Below are positions 1 through 7,313 of a stretch of 21,550 nucleotides of DNA, piece after piece (the first letter of the stretch is position 1; every line of letters begins with the position of its first letter). The position numbers and the translations under genes were made by a program. This stretch comes from an uncultured Pseudoxanthomonas sp. (GTDB lineage Bacteria; Pseudomonadota; Gammaproteobacteria; Xanthomonadales; Xanthomonadaceae). The notes beneath the pieces were generated by a model. The model made no database searches. It was not told where the DNA came from and saw only the letters and a list, made by a program, of their open reading frames with translations. The stretch lies in contig CALJUL010000105.1 in NCBI GenBank assembly GCA_937975725.1, positions 1 through 21,550 of the forward strand, written 5' to 3'.

Positions 1-1
1 C

Positions 2-481
2 ACCGGCTTCATGGTCGGCCGCAAGTACGAGAACGCCGGCATCGCCAAGGACGGGGCGAAGATGGTCACCGCGGTGGCGTGTTCGTCCGTGCCGAAGTTC
101 ACGGTGGTCATCGGCGGCAGCTTCGGTGCCGGCAACTATGCCATGTGCGGCCGCGCCTACGGCGCGCGCTTCCTGTGGATGTGGCCGAACGCGCGCATCA
201 GCGTGATGGGAGGCGAACAGGCGGCCAGCGTGCTGGCCACGGTGAAGCGCGACGGCATCGAAGCCGCCGGCAAGGCGTGGACGCCGGAAGAGGAGGACGC
301 CTTCAAGGCGCCCATCCGCGAGCAGTACGAAACCCAGGGCAGCCCGTGGTACGCCACCGCGCGCCTGTGGGACGACGGCATCATCGACCCGGCCGACACC
401 CGCCGCGTGCTGGGGCTGGGCATCTCGGCCTCGCTCAACGCGCCGATCGAACCGGCGAAGTTCGGCGTGTTCCGGATGTAG
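2..481 (+). CDS. mccB: Methylcrotonoyl-CoA carboxylase beta (carboxyltransferase) subunit, C-terminal fragment; the 5' end lies outside the window
   Basis: The frame is open from the window edge. The translation ...[42 protein letters not shown]...[13 protein letters not shown] is typical of acyl-CoA carboxyltransferase subunits. The liuC, mccA and HMG-CoA lyase context supports the MCCase assignment. TAG stop at 479-481. Confidence 0.85.
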   Translation, partial: TGFMVGRKYENAGIAKDGAKMVTAVACSSVPKFTVVIGGSFGAGNYAMCGRAYGARFLWMWPNARISVMGGEQAASVLATVKRDGIEAAGKAWTPEEEDAFKAPIREQYETQGSPWYATARLWDDGIIDPADTRRVLGLGISASLNAPIEPAKFGVFRM

Positions 482-491
482 GAGACAGTCC

Positions 492-1085
492 GTGCGACGC
501 CTTGCCCTGGCCCTGTGCTGCGCCCTGCTCGCCGTCGCGGGCGCCTGCCGGCAGGCCACTCCCGTCGCCACGGAGCAGGCGCCGGCGCCCGCCGCCGCGC
601 CCCTGATCGAACTGGCACGCGGCAGCGAATGGGACGGCTTCGACAGCGTGCACATCCCGCCGCAGGGCCCGGCCACGCTGTACCGCCTCGCCCACGAAGC
701 ACGGGACGACACGATCCGATTCCACCACGAGACCGCCACGCTGCCCCTGTCGCCTTCCACCCGGGCTGCCCTGCGTGCGGAGATCGAACGCCTGCAATTG
801 TTCGCGTTGAAGGACCACTACGGCGGCGACGTCGAAGACGGCACCCAGTGGCTGCTGCGCATCGTCGACGGCGACCGCACGTTGCGCGTGTACTGCGACA
901 ACGCATTCCCGCCGCCGCTGGAAGCCTTCGCCAAAGCCGTGGACGCCGGGCTCGAACACGACGGCCTGCAACGGATCGCATGGCGCCGCATGGACGAGCG
1001 CGAACCCCTGCCCCTGCAGGGCGCCCTGCGCCTGGCCGTGACGCCCATGGAGGCGTCGCCGGCCGCGACCGGCGCGGGCGGATAG
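492..1085 (+). CDS. Hypothetical secreted protein or lipoprotein
   Basis: GTG start 10 nt after the mccB stop. The N-terminus MRRLALALCCALLAVAGAC looks like a signal peptide with a lipobox-like AGAC. Composition is not that of an off-frame high-GC ORF (D/E/H/Y/W/F are present). No domain recognised. Confidence 0.55.
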   Translation: MRRLALALCCALLAVAGACRQATPVATEQAPAPAAAPLIELARGSEWDGFDSVHIPPQGPATLYRLAHEARDDTIRFHHETATLPLSPSTRAALRAEIERLQLFALKDHYGGDVEDGTQWLLRIVDGDRTLRVYCDNAFPPPLEAFAKAVDAGLEHDGLQRIAWRRMDEREPLPLQGALRLAVTPMEASPAATGAGG

Positions 1086-1299
1086 CGCCGGCCCCATCCG
1101 CAGTCTTCGCGCCGTTGCTCCCGGGCGGTCGAGAAGCAGCCCTCTTCAGCCATGTGAGCGCGGCGTGCACATGCCCGACTCCACGGTGAACCGCGGCCGC
1201 CTCCGACGGGCGGCGCGGCCAATTGGCCGTCCCGGTCACAGCGCGCGCAAAGCGCAGCGGCGATAGTCCCGGGCTCCTGCCGCCCGGAGCATCCCCTGC

Positions 1300-1833
1300 A
1301 TGTCCATCTGGAAAGACCAAGGCCCCGCGAAGAAAGACGCCGCCGTGCCGCCGCCGGAACCCACCCCGATCACCGCGCGGGACACGCCGGCGGCCGACTT
1401 CTCGCCCGCCGTCACCGCGCCGCCGGGCACCCGGCCGGCCGAGCGCCCGGCGCAGGAGGCGCTGAAGGAATCGCTGATCGCCGCCGACCTGACCATCGAA
1501 GGCAAGATCGAGGGCACCGGGCACATCCGCATCGCCGGCAAGTTCAAGGGCGACGTCAACGTGCAGGGCGACCTGACCATCGAAACCGGCGCCAAGCTCA
1601 ACGGCAGCGTGCGGGCGAAGAAGGTCATCATCGCCGGCGAACTGGAGGGCAACATCGAGTCCGCCTCGCGCGTGGAACTGCTGTCGTCCGGCGTGCTGAT
1701 CGGCGACGTCAAGGCCGGCGCGCTCACCGTCGCCGCCGGCTCGCGCATGCGCGGCCAGGCCGAATTCGGCTGGGACGAAGCCTCGGCCAAGGGCGGCAAG
1801 GCCAACGCCACGGAGCCCGGCGCGGCCGCATGA
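1300..1833 (+). CDS. Bactofilin (DUF583, polymer-forming cytoskeletal protein) with a Pro/Ala-rich N-terminal tail
   Basis: The core LTIEGKIEGTGHIRIAGKFKGDVNVQGDLTIETGAKLNGSVRAKKVIIAGELEGNIESASRVELLSSGVLIGDVKAGALTVAAGSRMRGQAEF shows the characteristic beta-helical bactofilin repeat pattern. GGAG lies 10 nt upstream of the ATG at 1300. Confidence 0.8.
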   Translation: MSIWKDQGPAKKDAAVPPPEPTPITARDTPAADFSPAVTAPPGTRPAERPAQEALKESLIAADLTIEGKIEGTGHIRIAGKFKGDVNVQGDLTIETGAKLNGSVRAKKVIIAGELEGNIESASRVELLSSGVLIGDVKAGALTVAAGSRMRGQAEFGWDEASAKGGKANATEPGAAA

Positions 1834-2192
1834 GCCAGCCGCGCCCCGGCAGCGCCGGCGCCACCCGCACCTGCCCGCACTGCAAGGCGACGATCCTGGA
1901 GAGTGCGGCGGTCTGTCCCGGCTGCCGCCATCACCTGCGCTTCGAGCCGGGCGCGGGCGCGGGCGCCATGTCTTCGCTCACGCCGCTGCGGATCGAAGGC
2001 ACCCTGCAACCGCCGGCGGAAGACGCCGCATGGGAGTACAGCGTGGTGCTGTCCATCCGCAACGACCGCGGCGAGGAAGTCACCCGCCAGGTGGTCGGCG
2101 TCGGCGCGATGCAACCGCACGAACGGCGCAGTTTCGTGCTTTCTGTCGAGCTCAATCCCGCCGCGGCCAAGGGCAAGCGCATGCGCCACTGA
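1830..2192 (+). CDS. Zinc-ribbon domain protein with an uncharacterised C-terminal domain
   Basis: CPHC-x12-CPGC near the N-terminus (TRTCPHCKATILESAAVCPGCRHH). The ATG at 1830 overlaps the bactofilin TGA (ATGA, 1830-1833). The C-terminal ~70 aa has normal composition (WEYSVVLSIRNDRGEEVTRQVVGVGAM). Confidence 0.6.
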   Translation: MSQPRPGSAGATRTCPHCKATILESAAVCPGCRHHLRFEPGAGAGAMSSLTPLRIEGTLQPPAEDAAWEYSVVLSIRNDRGEEVTRQVVGVGAMQPHERRSFVLSVELNPAAAKGKRMRH

Positions 2193-2258
2193 CCTCTTCC
2201 CGCCCCTCCCGGCGGCCGGATACACTCGATGCCGACAAGGATGCCAGCAGGGGGCAGG

Positions 2259-3956
2259 ATGATCGTCGGTATCGACTTGGGGACCACGCATTCGCTGATC
2301 GGCCTGCACGGAGACGCAGGCCCGCACCTGATACCCAACGCACTCGGGAAACTGCTGACGCCCTCGGCCGTCAGCGTCGACGAGGACGGCACGCTGCTGG
2401 TCGGCGATGCCGCGCTGGACAGGCTCATCACCCATCCGCAGTCCAGCGTCGCCAGCTTCAAGCGCTGGATGGGCTCGCGCCGCGAAACCCGGCTGGGCCA
2501 GCGCGCCTACTTGCCGGAGGAACTGTCGGCGCTGGTGATCCGCTCGCTGCTGGACGATGCGCAGGCCGCGCTCGGCAGCCGGCCGCGGGAAGCCGTCATC
2601 AGCGTGCCCGCCTATTTCAGCGACGCCCAGCGCCGGGCGACGCGGCGCGCCGGCGAACTGGCGGGACTGCGGGTGGAACGCCTGATCAACGAGCCCACGG
2701 CCGCGGCATTGGCCTACGGCCTGGCCGAGCGCCTGGACGAGGCGCACGTGCTGGTGCTCGACCTGGGCGGCGGCACCTTCGACGTCTCGATCCTGGAACT
2801 GTTCGACGGCGTCGTGAAGGTGCATGCCAGCGCCGGCGACAACTTCCTCGGCGGCGACGACTTCACCGAGGCGATCGAGAAGCACTGGCTGTCCGAACAC
2901 CACCTGCGCCGCGAAGCCCTCAAGCCGCAGGAAGCCAGCCAGCTCCGCCAGCGCGCCGAGGCGGCGAAGCGCCAACTGGCCACGAGCCAGTCCACCGAGC
3001 AGGCCCTGCACGTCGCCGGCAAGGCGTACGCCCTGCGGCTGGACGAGGCCGGCTTCGACCAACTGGTCGCCCCGCTCGTGCAGCGCATGCGCAGCCCGAT
3101 CGAACGCGCCATGCGCGATGCCGGCCTGCGCGGCGCCGACCTGGCCGAAGTGGTGATGGTGGGCGGCGCTTCGCGGATGCCGCAACTGTCCAGGCTGGCG
3201 GCGCGCCTGCTCGGCCGCCTGCCGCTGCGGCACGTGGCGCCGGACGAGGCCATCGCCCACGGCGCCTGCGTCGCCGCCGGGCTGAAGGCGCGCCACCAGG
3301 CGCTGGAGGAAATCATCCTCACCGACGTCTGCCCGCATTCGCTGGGCGTGGCGATCAGCATGGAACTGGGCCAGGGACTGCGGAGCCACGGCCACTTCGA
3401 CCCGATCATCGAGCGCAACAGCACGGTGCCCGTCAGCCGCATGCGCGAGTACTACCCGATCCACGACCAGCAGACCGCGATCACGCTGCGCGTCTACCAG
3501 GGCGAGAATCCCTGGGCCGAGAACAACATCGCGCTGGGTGCGCTGGAAGTGCCGGTGCCGCCCGGCGCGGCCGACGAGCGCGGGGTCGACGTGCGCTTCA
3601 CCTACGACATCAACGGCGTGCTGCAGGTCGAAGCGCGGGTCAAGAAGACCGGCATCGTGCGCGAACTGCTGCTGATGCAGGACGACGGCGGCCTGACCGA
3701 GGAAGAGGCCCGGCAGCGTCTGGCCGAACTGGCCGAGCTGAAGACCCATCCCCGCGACGAACAGCCCAACATCGCCGCCCTGGCGCGCGCCGAACGCCTG
3801 TATACGGAGTCGCTGGGCGAGGAGCGCCGGCAGGTCCACGCGCTGATCGTCGACTTCCAGGCCGTGCTGGCCACCCAGGACAAGACCCTGGTGGCACGCC
3901 AGCGCGCGGCCTTGCTGCAGGCGCTGGATACGCTGGAGGCCAGGGAACCGCTATGA
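2259..3956 (+). CDS. hscC: HscC-type (non-DnaK) Hsp70 family chaperone
   Basis: Hsp70 ATPase motifs are present: GIDLGTTHS, INEPTAAALAYG, DLGGGTFDVS, VGGASRMP. Several blocks match my recollection of E. coli HscC: HASAGDNFLGGDDFT, ILTDVCPHSLGV, PIIERNSTVPVSR, RVYQGEN, DVRFTYDINGVLQVE, LKTHPRD. I prefer the start at 2259 (MIVGIDLG) because AGGGGG lies just upstream. In-frame ATGs at 2229 and 2241 are alternatives. Confidence 0.85.
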   Translation: MIVGIDLGTTHSLIGLHGDAGPHLIPNALGKLLTPSAVSVDEDGTLLVGDAALDRLITHPQSSVASFKRWMGSRRETRLGQRAYLPEELSALVIRSLLDDAQAALGSRPREAVISVPAYFSDAQRRATRRAGELAGLRVERLINEPTAAALAYGLAERLDEAHVLVLDLGGGTFDVSILELFDGVVKVHASAGDNFLGGDDFTEAIEKHWLSEHHLRREALKPQEASQLRQRAEAAKRQLATSQSTEQALHVAGKAYALRLDEAGFDQLVAPLVQRMRSPIERAMRDAGLRGADLAEVVMVGGASRMPQLSRLAARLLGRLPLRHVAPDEAIAHGACVAAGLKARHQALEEIILTDVCPHSLGVAISMELGQGLRSHGHFDPIIERNSTVPVSRMREYYPIHDQQTAITLRVYQGENPWAENNIALGALEVPVPPGAADERGVDVRFTYDINGVLQVEARVKKTGIVRELLLMQDDGGLTEEEARQRLAELAELKTHPRDEQPNIAALARAERLYTESLGEERRQVHALIVDFQAVLATQDKTLVARQRAALLQALDTLEAREPL

Positions 3957-4798
3957 CGCTGAGCGCCTGGGAAGTCCTCGGCATCGAGGAAACCGCCGAC
4001 AGCCGGGCGATCCGCCGTGCCTATGCCGCCCGGCTCAAGGCCACGCGCCCGGAGGAGGACGCCACCGCGTTCCAGTTGCTGACGGATGCCTTCGAATGGG
4101 CCTGCGCCGATGCACGGCGACTGCAGAACGAACAGGCCGCCGCCGAACGCCCGTCGGCCGGTCCCCCATCCACGGAACCGGAGCCCTCCGTCCCGGCCCC
4201 GGACGCCCCGCTGCCGGAACTCGGGAAACCGCTGGACGCCGAACCCGCCCCGGCCGACGGCAGTGCGCCCGCGACCGCGGACGGAAGCGAAGGCGAGGAA
4301 CGCAGCTTCGCCTTCGGGCCTTTCTTCGAGGCGCTTGCCGAGGAGATCCGCAAGCGCGATCCCAAGCACCTGCGCGCGTGGCTGGATGCACATCCCGAGC
4401 TGTATTCGCTCGAACTCAAGTGGGCGCTGACGCCGCACGTGTTCGACACCCTCGCCCACAACGCGAGCGTCCTCGATCCGCACCGCGGGCATCTGGAAAC
4501 GCTGATGCACTTCTTCGGCGTGGACGCGCGCCTGCGGCGCCATCCGGCCTTGGCGCCGGCACTGGATTTCCTCGAACTCGGGCAATGGCGCGAACAGAAA
4601 CCGGCGGCTTCGTCGCAAAAGGCGCCCATGCCCGCAGGCTGGGAGAACCTGGCCAACGTCATGGACGAATCCAGGCAAGGCCCACCCCCGCCGCGCAAGC
4701 CGCTCCAGGGGACCTGGAGCGAGAACCTGGCGAACTACTGGTGGGTGTTCATCGTCCTGATGGTCATCGGCAAGTTGAGCGCCTTCTTCAGCCAATGA
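3953..4798 (+). CDS. J-domain-like, C-terminally membrane-anchored protein (DjlC/YbeV-like Hsp70 partner)
   Basis: The ATG at 3953 overlaps the hscC TGA (ATGA). The N-terminus WEVLGIEETADSRAIRRAYAARLKATRPEEDATAFQLLTDAFEWA follows the J-domain helix II-loop-helix III pattern. An acidic Pro/Ala linker and a globular region follow. The terminal hydrophobic helix YWWVFIVLMVIGKLSAFF forms a tail anchor. This is the last 281 codons of the spurious 922-aa ORF 2030..4798. Confidence 0.75.
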   Translation: MTLSAWEVLGIEETADSRAIRRAYAARLKATRPEEDATAFQLLTDAFEWACADARRLQNEQAAAERPSAGPPSTEPEPSVPAPDAPLPELGKPLDAEPAPADGSAPATADGSEGEERSFAFGPFFEALAEEIRKRDPKHLRAWLDAHPELYSLELKWALTPHVFDTLAHNASVLDPHRGHLETLMHFFGVDARLRRHPALAPALDFLELGQWREQKPAASSQKAPMPAGWENLANVMDESRQGPPPPRKPLQGTWSENLANYWWVFIVLMVIGKLSAFFSQ

Positions 4799-4837
4799 AC
4801 GCCGCCGCCGCAGGCGGCTGTCGACGGTAGGCCAAGA

Positions 4838-4857
4838 CGCGCTGACGCTTCAGCGCG
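4838..4857. terminator. Hairpin between convergent genes; possible bidirectional terminator
   Basis: CGCGCTGA-cgct-TCAGCGCG is a perfect 8-bp stem. It sits between the J-like gene stop (4798) and the stop of the minus-strand gene (4850-4852), which it overlaps. There is no clear U-tract. Confidence 0.3.
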
Positions 4858-5098
4858 CAGGGGGATCGCAGTTGTCGCAGCCGCCGCAGGCGCTGCCGCC
4901 CCCGCGTTGCGACGGCGGCGCGATCCAGCGCCCGAGCGCGCGCAGCCATGGCGGCCGGCCCTCGCGCAGCAACGGCAGCGCCAGCGCGACGCGGGCCTTG
5001 CGCAGCGGGCCGGGGAACTGCTTCTTCAGCACCACCCACGCGCTGACCGCCACCGCGACGGCGATGACGGCGTACTGCAGGGCGAGCGGCAGGTCCAT
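4850..5098 (-). CDS. Small FeoB-associated membrane protein with a C-terminal Cys-rich motif
   Basis: This is the last 82 codons of ORF 4850..5860. MDLPLALQYAVIAVAVAVSAWVVL is an N-terminal TM helix and the C-terminus carries ...GGGSACGGCDNCD. The ATG lies 2 nt downstream of the feoB stop, with GGAG ~10 nt upstream. It resembles the small Cys-rich proteins found after feoB. Confidence 0.55.
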   Translation of the reverse strand: MDLPLALQYAVIAVAVAVSAWVVLKKQFPGPLRKARVALALPLLREGRPPWLRALGRWIAPPSQRGGGSACGGCDNCDPPAR

Positions 5099-5100
5099 GC

Positions 5101-6963
5101 TCAGCCCGCTCCCAGCGCGCGGGCGACCTGGTAGGTGACCAGCGAGGCGGCGTAGGCCAGCGCGAACAGGTACAGCGTGGCGTAGCCCATCTGCTTCCAC
5201 GAATTGGTCTCGCGCTTGATCGTGGCCAGCGTGGAGATGCACATCGGCGCGTAGATGTACCAGACCAGCAGCGACAGCGCGGTGGCCAGCGACCAGCCGT
5301 CGCTGATCAGCGGGGTCAGCGCCTGCGCGGCCGCGTCGTCGTCGGCCGCCGACAGTGCATAGACCGTCGCCAGCGAGGACACCGCCACTTCGCGCGCGGC
5401 CATGCCCGGGATCAGTGCGATGCAGATCTGCCAGTTGAAGCCCAGCGGCGCGAAGAACACCGCCATCGCGTGGCCGATGCGGCCGGCGAAGCTGTAGTCG
5501 ATCGCCGGACCCACCGCGTCCGCCGGCGCGGCCGGGAACGACAGCAGCACCCACAGCAGGACGGTCAGCGCCAGGATGATGCCGCCGACGCGCTTGAGGA
5601 AGATCATCGCGCGTTCCCACAGGCCGATCAGCAGGTCGCGCGGATGCGGGATGCGGTACGACGGCAGTTCCAGCAGCAGCGGGTGCTCGCTCTTGTCGCG
5701 GCGCCACTTCTTCATCACCCACGACACCAGCAGCGCGCTGAGGATGCCGGCCGCGTACAGGCCGAACAGCACCAGGCCCTGCTGGTTGAACACACCGATC
5801 TGCTTCTGCGGCACGAAGGCGCCGATCAGCAGTGCGTACACCGGCAGGCGCGCCGAGCACGTCATCAGCGGCGCGACCAGGATCGTCGCCAGGCGGTCGC
5901 GCGGGTCCTGGATGCTGCGCGTGGCCATGATGCCGGGGATGGCGCAGGCGAAGCTGGACAGCAGCGGGATGAACGAACGGCCCGACAGCCCTGCCGAGGC
6001 CATCATGCGGTCCAGCAGGAACGCCGCGCGCGGCAGGTAGCCGCTCTCCTCCAGCGCCAGGATGAAGGCGAACAGGATCAGGATCTGCGGCAGGAACACG
6101 ATGACGCCGCCGACGCCGGCGATGATGCCGTCCACCAGCAGGCTGTTAAGCGGGCCTTCCGGCAGCGCGCCGCCGACCCATTCGCCCACCGCGCCGGTGC
6201 CGGCCTCGATCAGGTCCATCAGCGGCGTGGCCCAGGCGTACACCGCCTGGAAGATCAGGAACATCACGACGATCAGCGCCACCAGGCCGAACACCGGGTG
6301 CAGCAGCCAGCGGTCCAGCGCGTCGTCGACCTTCGCGGTGCGCGTGGGCATGGCCACCGCCAGCGCCAGCAGCCGGCGCGTCTCGGCGTGCAGGTCGGCG
6401 CCTTCGGCGAGCCGCGCGCGGGGCTCGTGCGGCTGCGCGGCCATCGCGTCGATCGTCTCGACCAGCGCGCGCGCGCCGCCGTGGCGGACGGCGACGGTCT
6501 CCACTACCGGCACGCCCAGTTCGCGCTCCAGCGCCGCCAGGTCGATGGCGATGCCGCGGCGCTGCGCGGCGTCCATCATGTTGACCGCCAGGATCATCGG
6601 CTTGCCGAGTTCGCGCACTTCCAGCGCGAAGCGCAGGTGCAGGCGCAGGTTGGTCGCGTCGACCACGCAGACCAGCACGTCCGGCGCGGTTTCGCCGGGA
6701 TAGAAGCCGCGGCACACGTCACGCGTCACCGCCTCGTCCAGGCTGGCGGCGTGCAGGCTGTAGGCGCCCGGCAGGTCCAGCACCGCGTAGCTGCGCCCGG
6801 ACGCGACCGAATGCAGCCGGCCTTCCTTGCGCTCCACGGTGACGCCGGCGTAGTTGGCGACCTTCTGCCGGCTACCGGTCAACTGGTTGAACAGCGCCGT
6901 CTTGCCGCAGTTCGGGTTGCCGACCAGGGCCAGGCGCAGCGTCGACGCATCGGCCGCGCTCAT
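5101..6963 (-). CDS. feoB: Ferrous iron transporter FeoB
   Basis: N-terminal G-domain LALVGNPNCGKTALFNQLTG...VANYAGVTVERKEG, followed by a long polytopic membrane domain. 620 aa. The start overlaps the feoA stop (6960-6963). Confidence 0.95.
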   Translation of the reverse strand: MSAADASTLRLALVGNPNCGKTALFNQLTGSRQKVANYAGVTVERKEGRLHSVASGRSYAVLDLPGAYSLHAASLDEAVTRDVCRGFYPGETAPDVLVCVVDATNLRLHLRFALEVRELGKPMILAVNMMDAAQRRGIAIDLAALERELGVPVVETVAVRHGGARALVETIDAMAAQPHEPRARLAEGADLHAETRRLLALAVAMPTRTAKVDDALDRWLLHPVFGLVALIVVMFLIFQAVYAWATPLMDLIEAGTGAVGEWVGGALPEGPLNSLLVDGIIAGVGGVIVFLPQILILFAFILALEESGYLPRAAFLLDRMMASAGLSGRSFIPLLSSFACAIPGIMATRSIQDPRDRLATILVAPLMTCSARLPVYALLIGAFVPQKQIGVFNQQGLVLFGLYAAGILSALLVSWVMKKWRRDKSEHPLLLELPSYRIPHPRDLLIGLWERAMIFLKRVGGIILALTVLLWVLLSFPAAPADAVGPAIDYSFAGRIGHAMAVFFAPLGFNWQICIALIPGMAAREVAVSSLATVYALSAADDDAAAQALTPLISDGWSLATALSLLVWYIYAPMCISTLATIKRETNSWKQMGYATLYLFALAYAASLVTYQVARALGAG

Positions 6964-7205
6964 GCCGCGGCCCCGTTGCGCAGGCGGATGCGGGCCGCTT
7001 CCGAGCGGCGCAGCGCGAAACGGGTGAAGCCCACCTGCACCAGCAGCGGCTCGGCGCCCAGCGGGCCCTTGGCCACGATCTCGACCTCTTCGCCGTTGAC
7101 GAAGCCCAGCTCGCGCAGGCGGCGGGCAATGCTGTCCTGGGGGCCACGGTCTTCGACGGAGTCAACGATGGCCGGGGTGCGCCAGGGCAATTCGATCAGG
7201 GTCAC
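6960..7205 (-). CDS. feoA: Ferrous iron transport protein FeoA
   Basis: 81 aa. ...IVDSVEDRGPQDSIARRLRELGFVNGEEVEIVAKGPLGAEPLLVQVGFTRFALRRSEAARI matches the FeoA SH3-like pattern. GTG start at 7205. Translationally coupled to feoB. Confidence 0.9.
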   Translation of the reverse strand: MTLIELPWRTPAIVDSVEDRGPQDSIARRLRELGFVNGEEVEIVAKGPLGAEPLLVQVGFTRFALRRSEAARIRLRNGAAA

Positions 7206-7216
7206 GCGCGGATCTC

Positions 7217-7241
7217 AAATGCGAACTATTCTCATAATAGC
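7217..7241 (-). promoter_or_regulatory. AT-rich, Fur-box-like dyad upstream of feoA
   Basis: This is the only AT-rich patch in the 108-bp feoA/liuC divergent region. The minus strand reads TATTATGAGAATAGTTCGC, which matches 12 of 19 positions of GATAATGATAATCATTATC by my hand alignment. It contains the dyad CTATT-n5-AATAG. feo operons are commonly Fur-regulated. Confidence 0.3.
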
Positions 7242-7313
7242 ATCGCCGCAGCGCAGGAAGGCGGCGCCGGGCCGTGCCGCTATCATTCGGCCACCTTGCA
7301 CGGAGTGGCTGGA

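Noticed and set aside
1236-3839. 867-aa minus-strand ORF antisense to the bactofilin, Zn-ribbon and hscC genes
   Set aside because: Its Arg/Gly/Ala/Pro-dominated, low-complexity translation is typical of off-frame reading in ~70% G+C DNA. The plus strand encodes proteins with clear family motifs over the same span.
2259-3956. Possibility that the Hsp70 is housekeeping dnaK
   Set aside because: It is ~565 aa, shorter than DnaK. It has no grpE or dnaJ neighbours. Its substrate-binding and C-terminal region matches the HscC-type blocks I recall, and it is coupled to a tail-anchored J-like protein as in the E. coli hscC-djlC pair.
2030-4798. 922-aa plus-strand ORF spanning hscC in another frame
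   Set aside because: Only its last 281 codons (from the ATG at 3953) give a sensible J-domain protein. The upstream ~640 codons are Arg/Pro/Gly-rich junk overlapping the real hscC frame.
4850-5860. 336-aa minus-strand ORF overlapping the 3' part of feoB
   Set aside because: Only the last 82 codons (from the Met at 5098) lie outside feoB and look like a real small membrane protein. The remainder overlaps feoB out of frame and has junk composition.
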